Source: Octopus vulgaris (taxonomy: Eukaryota). From it: DNA of 64,000 bases. Positions 44,513 to 58,802 of this stretch are shown in pieces. How positions within the stretch are numbered: the first letter of the stretch is position 1; each line of letters opens with the position of its first letter. The stretch covers positions 165,788,001-165,852,000 of the forward strand of contig OX597817.1 in assembly GCA_951406725.2 (NCBI GenBank). The letters are read 5' to 3'. The position numbers and the translations under genes were made by a program. Below the pieces are notes generated by a model. The model was given only the letters and a program-made list of their open reading frames with translations. It did not search any database and was not told the DNA's origin.

Positions 44513-44935
44513 TATTTGAGCTTCATTCATATAAATGCATATATGTATGTATATATAAATATACATGTTATACAGTAACGAAGGTTGCATGTAGTCTTAT
44601 GGGAAAACACACACATATATATATTCATATGCAAGCGAAATACGTATGCGACATGTATTACATGCTGTTGAGTAAGATAAGAGTTGCAGATTGGGAAAAC
44701 CACATATATAATTCTATTATGTATGATTTATTATCTACGGTTACTTATGTAACTCGAATAATAACTGCAATCGGCTTTCGATAAAATGATGGCGCAAAAG
44801 CGCATGCAAATTATTGGCAGTCCAAATCTAACCTACTTATGTTTTATTGATAAGCGGATACACACGTAGATATATGTATGCACACTCGTATACCGTTGTA
44901 TAGATTTACAGTAAAAAAAATATTGTGTACGTGAG

Positions 44936-44986
<51 letters not shown>

Positions 44987-45055
44987 CTGTGTGTCTGTGT
45001 GTGTGTCTGAGTATATGTGCGCATAGAGTGATATGTATTCGCGCATATATATATC

Positions 45056-45464
45056 TTTTACACTTTTACTCTTTTACTTGTTTCAGTCATTTGACTGCGG
45101 CCATGCTGGAGCACCGCCTTTAATGGAGCAACTCGACCCCAGGACGTATTCTTTGTAAGCTCAGTACTTATTTTATCGGTCTCTTTTGCTGAACCGCTAA
45201 GTGACGGGGACGTAAACACACCAGCATCGGTTGTCAAGCAATGCTAGGGGGACAAACACAGACACACAAACATACACGCACACACATACATATATACATA
45301 TATACGACGGGCTTCTTTCAGTTTCCGTCTACCAAATCCACTCACAAGGCTTTTTGGTCGGCCCGAGGCTATAGTAGAAGACACTTGCCCAAGATGCCAC
45401 GCAGTGGGACTGAACCCGGAACCATGTGGTTGGTAAGCAAGCTACTTACTACACAGCCACTCCT
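45056..45464 (-). mobile_element. SINE family A, full-length
   Basis: Close reverse-complement match to 5131-5585. Confidence 0.9.
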
Positions 45465-45684
45465 ATATATATATATATATATATACATATACATACATAT
45501 ACATATATATATATACATATATATGTATACATATATATATATATACACATATACATATAAATATATACATACATATAAATATATACATATAAATATATAC
45601 ATACATATATATATATATAAATATATACATACATATTTATATTTACATACATATATACATACATATCTATCTCTATATATATAC

Positions 45685-45743
<59 letters not shown>

Positions 45744-45817
45744 CATGTATATACATATATATACTTATATATATATACATACATATACATATATACATAT
45801 ACATATATATATATATA

Positions 45818-47152
45818 TGCCTAACACAGCTCCTGCAACACTATGACTGGGTGTTGAAACAGCTACTAAATGGCTCAAATGTGGATGTAATATATCTTGA
45901 CTTTGCAAAAGCCTTTGATAAAGTCGACCATGGTATGATCTGTCACAAACTGCGTGGTCTCGGCATAGGCGGGAAACTTGGAGAGTGGCTGCACAACTTC
46001 CTAAAAGACAGAAAACAGGCAGTTGTGAGCAATGGAGCCACCTCCAGGGAAACGCAAATAACAAGCGGTGTCCCACAGGGCACTGTCTTGGGGCCACTGA
46101 TGTTCATAGTGGCCCTTTCAGACATGCCTTCAGTTGCTACGATGACCACCCTTGCTAGCTATGCAGATGACACAAAGGTCTCCCACGCAATACAGAACCC
46201 TGAAAATATTGCGCATCTGCAACATGAGCTGGACACAATATACAGGTGGGCTGAGGACAACAACATGCAGTTTAATGCAGGTAAGTTCCAGGCCCTGCGC
46301 TACTGGCACACAAAGGTAAATGACGTGAAGACTGGATACACTGGCCCAGGAAGAATTGCAATCCCTGAGTCAAAATCAGTGCGTGACCTGGGCATTGACA
46401 TGAGCAATGATGCATCTTTCCAAATGCATATTGCTAATCTGGTGATAAAATGCAGACGGCTAGCTGGATGGATTCTCCGAACTTTCAGAACAAGAGAAAG
46501 GAGACACTGATGGTCCTATGGAAAACATTTGTCCTCAGCCGCTTGGACTACTGCTCCCAACTTTGGTCACCACACAATATAAAACAAACAGCAGAACTCG
46601 AAGCAACTCAGAGAAGCTACACAAAGAAAATCGTCTCAATGCAAAATGTCAGCTACTGGGAAAGACTGAAGGTATTAAACCTCTTCTCCCTGGAGCGGAG
46701 GCGGGAGAGATATGCAGTAATATACATCTGGAAAATCCTGGAGGGTCTTGTCCCAAACTTTGGCATTCAAAGTTACTCCAACCGCAGAACGGGGCGCCGC
46801 TGCGTGGTGCCAAGGATTCCAACATCACCATCAAAATACAGGTCCAGATACTGCAACAGCTTGGGTTTCAGAGGACCACAGCTTTTCAACATCCTCCCTA
46901 AATGCCTGAGAGACTTACATGGTGTGGATGTGGGTTTCTTTAAAACTAAACTGGATCTCTTCTTGTTGGGAGTCCCAGATGAACCTACCTCACGACAGGA
47001 GACACGGATGCGGGCAGCAGCATCGAACTCCCTTGTTGATCAAGTGCCACGTATCAGAGGTGGATTCACAAACTAGTGTGGCTCATTCAGCGGTGGTGCC
47101 CCAGCATGGCCGCGGCCTTCGGGCTAAAACATTTTTAAGGATTTAAGGATTT
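45818..47152 (+). mobile_element. 5'-truncated non-LTR retrotransposon (CR1/L2/Crack-type LINE): RT and C-terminal part of ORF2, 3' UTR and tandem tail
   Basis: RT motifs [45 protein letters not shown] and LFSLERRRER. One frameshift near 46500 joins ORFs 45851..46510 and 46450..47076. Ends in a short (TTTAAGGA)n tail and is embedded in TA-rich microsatellite. Confidence 0.95.
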
Positions 47153-47243
47153 ATATATACATACATATACATATATATACATACATATATATATATATAC
47201 ATACATATATATATACATATTTATATATATATAAATATACATA

Positions 47244-47290
<47 letters not shown>

Positions 47291-47654
47291 CACACACACA
47301 TATATATATACATATATATATACACATATATATACACACATATATATACACACATATATATATACATATATATGTACAAATATATTTATAATTTCATATA
47401 TAAGAGTGTATGTATGTATGTATGTATGTATGTATGTATGTATGTATGTATGTATGTATAAATATATATCCCTGCATAGCATTCGTTCACGCGTCCTATA
47501 ACACCGCGATCGCAGTTTCACATCGTTTCATTTCATTTTAAAAACGAAAATGATAGCGTCTGTCGATGAATTCGTCTCCACCCTGTGACTGTGTCAGATT
47601 TTACCCTGTGAGTAATTTCACCGTCTCAAATATTTGCAGGACTGAAGATTCTCC

Positions 47655-47692
<38 letters not shown>

Positions 47693-47828
47693 CTTCTGTG
47701 TGCGTGTGTGTAGATATATATATATACGTATATACTATATATATACATATGTATACATATACACATCTATATGTATATATGTATGTATATCTATGTATGC
47801 ATATATATATATATACTCATATATATAG

Positions 47829-47862
<34 letters not shown>

Positions 47863-48040
47863 GTATGTACAGACAAACAGAGAGACAGATAGACGGAACC
47901 TGCGTGTCACAATAATATGAAAAACACGATACGATGAATTTCATGATCAGTTTTTTTTATTCCATGAAAAATTTGATTATGAAATATATTTGCGAAAATT
48001 TTGTAAATGCGACAGTTTTACAGTATACTGTGAAAAAATA

Positions 48041-48112
<72 letters not shown>

Positions 48113-48277
48113 GACAGACATAAATACGCACGCGCTCGCGCACGACGTGCACATTAATTCATTTCTTGTCTGAAAGTTTTATACTTACATTAACGTGAAT
48201 TGAGTGGGTGTGTGCTTATTGTATGTATGTTGCATTTATGGTTGTCTCTTTCAATGCACATGCTGAAAAGTTGAAAT

Positions 48278-48349
<72 letters not shown>

Positions 48350-48752
48350 ACACACATTCATATTAGCTCGGCCCTTGCATGTGTTACTGTCATCACACAG
48401 TGTTTTCTTTGTCACTTTAGGGAGCAGTGTTACTCTCTAAGTCTTTGTAAAATAAATATTCATGTATATAATATATACATTACGTACATACGCATATACA
48501 TACATACATAAGCTTTATATATGTGCACGCATCCATACACACATACACAAACATACACAAATACACATACATACACTCATCCATATATATATATACACTA
48601 TCACAGACATATGCTTTGCATATGTGTATACATACATATGTGTATACATACACATATACATACAAATGTAAGCTTTATATATGTGCACGCATCCATACAC
48701 ACATACACAAACATACACAAATACACATACATGGAGACAGACAGACACTCAT

Positions 48753-48833
<81 letters not shown>

Positions 48834-49186
48834 CACAGACATATGCTTTGCATACAGACGTACGTGTATATATATGTATATATATATATATGAAATAATA
48901 TAAATAATATAACAATATATGAATATATACATACATATTTGTACATACCTACGTATATATGTATATATACAAATGCATATATGGGTACAGGACATAACAA
49001 AAAAAAAAACGTTGAACATAGTGAGAAACGAAAACATGAAAACAAAAAGATAGAAACGAACTTTTTTCGAATAACGAAAAAAAACAGAGAAACGAGACAT
49101 ACACCATAAAGAATATTCCCCTTCTTCAGTTGTCCCTGTTTCATCGACTACAAGTTTCGATGATAGATATATATATGTACATACAT

Positions 49187-49219
<33 letters not shown>

Positions 49220-50105
49220 CATACATAGACACAGACACACACACGTTTATATATATATATATATATGCATATACATATATACATACATATATACAAATAT
49301 TTATTTATGTATATCTATATATATACATATATACATATACATATATATAAGTATACATATACATACATATATATGTATATCTCTATAGATATACATATAT
49401 GTATATATGTATATCTATATATATAGGCATATGTATAAGCATATATATACATATATATGTACACACATATATATATACATATATATACATATACATATAT
49501 ATATATATATATATATTTATACATATATATACATATACAGAATTATACATATACATACATATATACATATATATATATAGGCATATATATATACATATAT
49601 ATGTACACATATATATATACATATATATACATATATATATGTATACATATATATGCATATACCTATATATGCATATACGTATATATACATATACATATAT
49701 ACATATACATACATACATACATATATACATATACACACATATATATATATGTATATACATATACATATATTCAAATATATATTCATATATATATGTAAAT
49801 ATATATATACATACACATATACATACATGTATATATACACATATATATATATGTATATATATATATACATACATACATACATATACATACATACATACAT
49901 ACGTACGTACATACACTCCCCCCTAACACCCGTACTCACAGACACCATACACCAGGCAGAGCGGGTGGTGCCTCTACAGAGTTACACGTCCTGTCAGTAA
50001 GAACAGCTGTGTCCCTTTGAATTATTTCACTCACAGCGTGACTGGATCATGGGCGAATTAGCCATATTATCTGCAGGTGACCCAGCTGACCACAATTATT
50101 AAAAT

Positions 50106-50168
<63 letters not shown>

Positions 50169-50254
50169 GTAGAATTATTTCCAAAAAGCACCGATCGAGT
50201 AAACATGAAAAAAAAGTATTAGGTATAAATTTGTGTGTGTATATATACGTGTGT

Positions 50255-50309
<55 letters not shown>

Positions 50310-50325
50310 TGTGTATGTGTGTGTA

Positions 50326-50367
<42 letters not shown>

Positions 50368-51048
50368 AGTGGAGTTGTGCACGATATACATATGACTGAA
50401 AACAGATAGACTATAATAACTGCAAGTAAGAGGAATAATGATTACTGAAATTACGTTTGGAGATTAGTGGGGCAAATCTAGGTTCGAAACGAGCCTACGC
50501 GAGATCATAACAAACCAGTGATTTTCATCCATTCTTTGTCTATGGACAACTTTGATTCCTCCTATTTTACTCTACTGGAACTCCATAGTCATTCCATGTA
50601 TATATAAAAACATCTTATTGTATTTTTATTATTAAATATTATGAGAAATTGTGTTTACAAAATTAAAATATTTTGTTTATTACAGATGTGTATGCAATTT
50701 ATTGTGCATGAATTTTAGCAACAAAATCTTATATGGAACTCAAGAGCAATATGGGATCCACAGGCTATATGGAAACTAAGGGCTATACGGAATCCGAAGA
50801 CTATATTGGACCCCACTTGAGAAACACCGTTATAAACTAAGATTTCTATAACTTCATTTCGAAATTACTCTTTGTTTCTGATATAAGCACAAATCCTGAA
50901 ATTATAGCGAGCGGTTAGTCGTTTACATCAGCCCCAGTATATGACTGGTGCTTTATTTTATCAACACCGGAAAGATGAAAGACAAAGTTGAGTTCAGCAC
51001 GTAAAAGTCTTGGAGGAAATACTGCTAAGCATTCTGTTGTGTATGAAG

Positions 51049-51092
51049 ATACCTGAAGAATGCTGGAGGGTATATGAGCCGAAATTTTGTGT
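51049..51092 (+). ncRNA. Degenerate minimal hammerhead motif
   Basis: ATAC-CTGAAGA-a-tGCT...AGCc-GAAA-TT-TT-GTGT, with one G-U pair in stem I. Confidence 0.45.
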
Positions 51093-51324
51093 TAACAACA
51101 AACAAGATGAGGACAAATATCCGTCGAATATAAATAATGTAAATAATGTAAATAATGTTGCATTTACGTTCAGAGTTCAAATTTCACCGAAGTTGACTTT
51201 GCCTTTCATCTTTTTGGAGTCGATAGAAGTACAAGTTGAGTACTGAGATCGATGTAATCAACTAACCCCCTCCCTTAAAATTTCAGGCCTTGTGCGTATA
51301 GTTGGAAAGATTATTATGATTATT

Positions 51325-51545
51325 AAGGCGGCGAGCTGGTAGAAACGTTAGCAACGCCGGGCGAAATGCGTAGCCGTATTTCGTCTGTCGTTACGTTGTG
51401 AGTTCAAATTCCGCCGAGGTCGACTTTGCTTTTCGTCCCCTTCGGTGTCGATATATCAAGTACCAGTGAAAAACTGGAGACGATGTAATTGATTAGTCCC
51501 CTCCCTTAATTTTCCAGGCCTTCTGCCTTTAGTAGAAAGGACTAT
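51325..51545 (+). mobile_element. SINE family B, representative copy
   Basis: Begins 'aaggcggcgagctggtagaaacgttagc' with B-box-like GAGTTCAAATTCC. Adjacent partial copies at about 50870-51035 (-) and 51160-51310 (+). Confidence 0.85.
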
Positions 51546-52043
51546 CATTATTAGTATTATTTGAGTGTGTATCATATTTATTTAAGAGTCCAAGACAATA
51601 AAATCTCCGGTAAAAAATAATGAAGAAGAAAAAGGAAGAATTTAGGGGTGGAAATCAAATATCAATAACTGAAAGATTTCATCTCTTCCTTGGTCTTTTA
51701 TTATTTCATTTAATTTTCATACGTTTCGATATTTTCATCTCGCATCTGAAATTTCCTCATACATACATACATTCATGCATACTACAACACACAGAGGCTT
51801 ATATGTATGTGTACATTCGATCCTTCTTCCAAGAAATCTAATGCTCGTAGCTTAGTTTTTCTAATGCTCGTAGCTTAGTTTTTCCTTGGGGCTGGCCGGA
51901 TCGGAGCGATCTCAAGATTAATCAGCCGAAATTGCTACGATGATCCGGTTCTTGACTGAAGATTGAGGGCTTTGAATGTCCCGTCCGTGTTTTTTGTATC
52001 GTCTTCTAAGTGTTTTGCGTTCTTGTCCCAGTTTGTAATTTTC

Positions 52044-52092
<49 letters not shown>

Positions 52093-52530
52093 GGAGTAAA
52101 CACATAAATGTGAAACAAGGTGGAAAAAAGAGTACTCAAATACCAGGGGTAGAGTAATATGCTTTTAAATAAAGTATATATATATATATATATATACACA
52201 TATATAAATCATGCTTAGTAAATAGGGATTTAAACTTGTAGTTGTTTAAATTCGTTTAAGCAATATTTAAGAGTATATCAATTTTATGTGTAACAGTATT
52301 TAGTATTTCACCACGTATAGTACATTCAAATATTTGAATAAATTCATAGAAATTCATTTAAAATTTCACTGAAGGATTACGTGCTTCAGTTATGCAGGGT
52401 TATGGAGCATTGCCTAAAATAAAGTTATCTATGTATATCTATATACATGCATATATGTATGCATATTGATGTATCTCTACACCTATATATATATTATATA
52501 TATGATAGACAGATAGAGTGACAGACAGAC

Positions 52531-52567
<37 letters not shown>

Positions 52568-52927
52568 TAGATATGTACAAATAATTCTCTATATATATAT
52601 ACATGTATGTGTGCATATTATGTATACGATATATGTGTATGTCATAATACATGTGGAATATATACAGACACACGCTCATGCACATATAGATATATATAAT
52701 ATATACATATATATATATATATATATAACATATACATATACATATATACATACATATATATGTACGTACATATATAAATATATATATGTATATGTATATA
52801 TGTATACATATATATGTATATGTATACATATATCTATATATACATGTATATATGTATATGTATATATATATATATAGTATATACATATATAAATATATAT
52901 ATATATATGCATACATATGCATATATA

Positions 52928-53012
<85 letters not shown>

Positions 53013-53428
53013 TGTGATCTACATAACATACATACTAACATATATATATGCATGTACTAATATCAGTATTATATATTTTTCCCCTCGTTACTTATATTCA
53101 CTGCATTACTATTTTTTAGATTTTATATAGCATAACGCAGCATATTAAATGGCCGATCGCCACGCTAAAACATGTAGAAAAAGAGACAGTCATTTCCTAC
53201 GTCTGTATTTTAACAAATATAAAATATGTGAGTAATGTGATCGTACCTTACAGAGTAAAAAAGAAAAAGAACATATCACGTTGATGTAAAAACATTTTGA
53301 TCTTAGGTCTGCCCGATTCCGTTAACAAGGGGCAAAATAATTCTGTACATATACAGTTTCATTATCGCTAACTCAGATCGACAGAAATTTCCGAATTCCC
53401 TTTAAGTATATTTGCATGTACACAAATT

Positions 53429-53468
<40 letters not shown>

Positions 53469-53632
53469 GATACACACTATATATATAGGTTTGAAAACAT
53501 AAAACAAATGCACAAAGAAAGGGGAAACAGACGCAAAAGATCACTAAATCTGCATCAGTTAACGGCCAGAGGATGAAACGCACGCACACACACAAACTCT
53601 CTCCCTCACACACACACACACACACACACACG

Positions 53633-53693
<61 letters not shown>

Positions 53694-53770
53694 TATATAT
53701 ACATTTTCATGCATGTATATCTATCTATCAATCTATATATATATATTGACTGAAAATATTCAATTTATAT

Positions 53771-53806
<36 letters not shown>

Positions 53807-53988
53807 CTTTATTTTAAGCAGCAGAAAATTCAACAAAATCTGTTACTCTGAGTTTCTCGTTGCCGTTCATCGTCTCAGAGTAACAGATTTTGTTGAAGTT
53901 TCTGCTGCTTAAAATAAAGCATATTACTCTACCACTGGTATTTGAGTACTCTTTTTTCCACCTTGTTTCACATTTATGTGTTTACTCC

Positions 53989-53990
<2 letters not shown>
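53807..53990. repeat. (TA)n-flanked fold-back element (about 46-bp arms, 53807-53919) with a hammerhead remnant at the centre
   Basis: Arms ctttattttaagcagcagaaa...ctctgag / ctcagag...gcttaaaataaag. The centre on the minus strand reads (A)CGATGA-acggcaacga-GAAA-CTCAGAG-TA-acag. Confidence 0.85.
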
Positions 53991-54030
<40 letters not shown>

Positions 54031-54312
54031 CACAAGTAGGTATATTCAAATATTCATGCGTGTGTGTGTAGTGTGTGCTTGTGTGCATGCGTGTATGTAG
54101 ACTCTGATGAAGCACGAAAGCCATAACGTATAAGTCACTGCTCAACGTTCGTTCCTCAGTAAAAATTCAGATATATGGTATCGAATAATTCCATAATCAA
54201 CCGTTTTGACAAATAAATTTACTTCAAAAGCAAACGTCATTTGACGATATGTACATTCATGTATAAATATATATTATATAATGCGTGTGTATGTAAATAT
54301 ATAAATGTATGC

Positions 54313-54371
<59 letters not shown>

Positions 54372-54549
54372 TAGATAGATAGATATAGATAGATACATAC
54401 ATACATACATACAAGCATGCATGCATGCATACATACATACATACATACATGCATACATACATACATACATACATACATACATAAATACATACATACATAT
54501 ATAAAAAATTTTTAAACTCTGAGCGAATCCTTGTGCAGTTCCAACTTCG

Positions 54550-54692
<143 letters not shown>

Positions 54693-54831
54693 GAGAGAGA
54701 TAGATAGAGAGATAGAGAGATATAAACACACTCAAAATATTTTGATTCTCTGCTTGTTAATAAATGAACAATTATATACACTTACACACACCTACACGCA
54801 TACAAACGCTAACAGAAATAAGGTTGAATAG

Positions 54832-55160
54832 GACGAGCACTCCGTCAATTATGATGACGAGAGTCCCAGCTGATACGATCAACAGAACAGCTTGCTCGTT
54901 ATATTAACGTCCAAGTGGCTGAACACTCCACAGACATGTGTACTCTTAACGTAGTTCTCGAGGAGATCCAGCGTAACACAAAGAGTGACAAAGCCGGTTC
55001 CTTTGAAATACAGGTGCTACTCACTTTTGCCATCTGAGTGGACAGGAACAACATGAAAAAAATCTGTCTTGCTCAATGACACAACGCGTAGCTGGGAATT
55101 GAACTCACGGACTTATGATCGTGAACCGAACGCCCTAACCATTAAGCCACGCGCCTTCAC
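54832..55160 (-). mobile_element. SINE family C
   Basis: Homologous to 4845-5107, with a longer 3' tail. Confidence 0.85.
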
Positions 55161-55347
55161 TAAGCTTGAATATGCATTAGCATATATACAGAGAAGTGAA
55201 TAGTTTGCTCGTCATAATTTTGAAAATACAAGTGAAAACGAATATAATGTAAGTTACTGTCTGGTTGAAAATCAAGGGAAAAGAAAATTTAAGTCATTAA
55301 AGGGACCAGTACTTTTATCTCAGACGAGAAGGGATACACTTCTATAG

Positions 55348-55420
<73 letters not shown>

Positions 55421-55675
55421 AATACATATTTATATATTTATATATATTTATATATGTAAATATATATATATATATATATAAATATATATATATATACATA
55501 TATATATGCATATATATATATGTGTGTAAACATATATATGTGTGTGTGTGTGTGTGTGTGTATGTGTGTGTATGTATGTATTTATATAGTTGGAATTTAC
55601 AAAAAATAAAGACGAAGTCAGGTGTGTAAACAACAGACAGGTGTATTAGTTTAACGCTAGAGAAGGTGAGAAAGT

Positions 55676-55711
55676 CTTTTATGTTTCGAGCCTACGCTCT
55701 TCTACAGAAAG
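55676..55711 (-). ncRNA. Hammerhead-like motif with variant core
   Basis: CTTT-CTGTAGA-a-GAGC-gtag-GCTC-GAAA-CA-TA-AAAG: perfect stems I and II, but the core has U in place of A6. Confidence 0.45.
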
Positions 55712-55966
55712 GAAGAGAAATGAACAGAGAGGATAATAAAAGCTTTAGTGGCCAGCGGTCGATATATATATATATATACATTACAAAGAGTATGGTTAGC
55801 AGTAACTTCGAAGTTCCGGTTTGCCCGCCTTCCTCAAACAGCGCCTCATGATGGCGGGAAACCTTAAGATTTGCAGTTCAAGTCAAATTTTTCCCCGTGA
55901 AACGTTAATAGATGCTCCACTAAATTGTATTCAATATTTTTTCTTCTGTTTAATAGTAAATCGTTG

Positions 55967-56185
55967 TAGGGCGATGTAATGGCAGAATTGTTACACGCTA
56001 GGCAAAATTATTAGCTGCATTTCGTCCGTCTTTATCTTCTGAGTTCAAATTCCACCGAGGTTGACTTTGCCTTTTTTTTTTTTTTATTTCGGCATCGATG
56101 AAATAAGTACCAATTGAGTACTGGGGTCGATGTAATCGACTTACCCACTCCCCCGAAATCACTGGTCGTGTGTCACAATTTGAAA
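55967..56185 (+). mobile_element. SINE family B
   Basis: Matches family B. Confidence 0.8.
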
Positions 56186-56416
56186 TCCAAATTAAATCGT
56201 TGTATTATAAAACAAGACATAAAAATAACATTAGTGTTTATATATGTATACATATATATATACACACATACATAAATACATAACACACATATATACATTC
56301 ATAAATATATATATATATATATAAATTCGGGGTGAGTACTTGATAATTGTAAGCACCTGTATATCCCCAACCAAGAATTTTTGATGTAATACATGTCCTT
56401 GTGGAAGTAGTTGTGC

Positions 56417-56494
56417 GCGGCTGAAGAAGGCCACATACACACATTATGCATTGTTATAAATCCGTCTAATAAAGGCCCGAAACATATGTACCGC
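56417..56494 (+). ncRNA. Type I hammerhead ribozyme motif
   Basis: GCGG-CTGAAGA-a-GGCC...GGCC-c-GAAA-CATATG-TA-CCGC with palindromic CATATG, in a roughly 190-bp insert between (TA)n tracts. Confidence 0.75.
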
Positions 56495-56509
56495 TGAATC
56501 CTTGGCATC

Positions 56510-56577
<68 letters not shown>

Positions 56578-56613
56578 TACATACATAAATATATATATAT
56601 ATATATATATATG

Positions 56614-56670
<57 letters not shown>

Positions 56671-57026
56671 ACTGATTTCTCATCTTATACATATATACAT
56701 GTATACACACATGCACGCTAACATATTTATGTGTATGCATTCTTGTATGTGTGTGTGTGTGTGTTATATGACTATATATAACAGGTGTAACGCAAGACAC
56801 GAGCTATCTCATTTGAGATCTCAGACGCAGAGAATGTACCGACCTCATGAAAGAGACGACACAAAATTTCAAGGATCCAAAGATCGACAGATATTGTCTG
56901 TGGAATTCATTACGTCTCCTGTATATCCTCATCGTTATTTGTTGTTATTTTTCTTTTGTTCTTTTTTTTTTTTACTGTTTCCACTTTTTTATTGTGGGTG
57001 TTGAACACATTTCTGAATGGTGTACA

Positions 57027-57029
<3 letters not shown>

Positions 57030-57070
<41 letters not shown>

Positions 57071-57238
57071 CATCAGCACCATCAGCATCACCAGCACCAT
57101 CTTCACATAATTCCCAGTCGATATGATTACTTTGAGACATAATTATCGGTAAAATATCAATCATCTTCGCCGTTGCCCGTCTCTATGATCATCATCATCA
57201 TCATCGTCACCATCACCACCACCACCACCACCACCACC

Positions 57239-57290
<52 letters not shown>

Positions 57291-57356
57291 CCACCATCAT
57301 CATCATCACCATCACCCTCATCATCATCATCATCATCATCATCATCGTCGTCGTCG

Positions 57357-57400
<44 letters not shown>

Positions 57401-57600
57401 GTCATCATCATCATCATCATTATCATCATCGTCACCATCATTATCATCGTCATCATCATCGTCATGGTCATCATCGTCATCATCGTTATCCTTGTCGTCA
57501 TCGTCATCGTCATCGTCGCCATCTTTTATCATCGTCACCATGTTCGTAGCTATCATCAACGTCGTCATCGTCGTCGTTGCCTTCATCATCAAAACATCAT
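57030..57600. repeat. Compound trinucleotide microsatellite (CAG/CAC/CAT/CGT)n
   Basis: Direct reading; it produces spurious poly-D, poly-M and poly-I ORFs. Confidence 0.95.
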
Positions 57601-57952
57601 CAAAGAAATGAAATCGCTTCAATAACACAATATAACATTTTCCTTTTAACATACATATATATTATCTAAATAGTCTATAAAATATGTATACGCATATTAT
57701 TTGCATGGCATTAATATTGACTTCATTACTTCGTTTTGGAGATGGATGAAGGTCAGAATTTAATCAGGCATAAAGTGTGGCAACTGATATGGATCGAAAT
57801 GAAGACAAGTATTCTTCCGACGAGGAAGAATTTGACATCGCAAGCTGATAGACAGATGCAGAACAAAAACACGCGCGCGCACTCGAACGCGCTAAGACGG
57901 CAGTACGACTATATGTATAATGATTGCATGGACTATTCAGTGTGTGTGTGTG

Positions 57953-58396
<444 letters not shown>

Positions 58397-58576
58397 GTGT
58401 GTGTGTAATTGACTTCTGCATAGTTTCCGTCTACCAAATTCAGACAAGGTATTAGTTGATGCAGTGAGAACGAGCCTGTAACTACATGGTTGCAAACCGG
58501 ACTTCTAAAAGTTGTTCATTGAGATATTTATTATAGTGAGACGTGTAAACGTTTCACATTCCCGATAAAGAATATA

Positions 58577-58802
58577 TATTTCTTTACTGCTCTAAAGGGG
58601 CTAAACACAGAGGGGACAAACAAGGACAGACAAAGGGGATTAAGTCGATTACATCGACCCCAGTGCAAAACTGGTATTTTATTTATCGACCCCGAAAGGA
58701 TGAACGGCAAAGTCGACTTCGACAGAATTTGAACTCAGAACGTAATGACAGACGAAATACCGCTAAGCATTTCGCCCGGCGCGCTAACGTTTCTGCCAGC
58801 TG
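58577..58802 (-). mobile_element. SINE family B, alternative 3' tail
   Basis: Family B head and body with the tail 'atcccctttgtctgtccttgtttgtcccctctgtgtttagcccc'; a degenerate copy lies at about 60010-60170. Confidence 0.85.

Noticed and set aside
57157-57652. Poly-Asp/poly-Met/poly-Ile ORFs
   Set aside because: Trinucleotide microsatellite open in several frames, with no splice or domain support.
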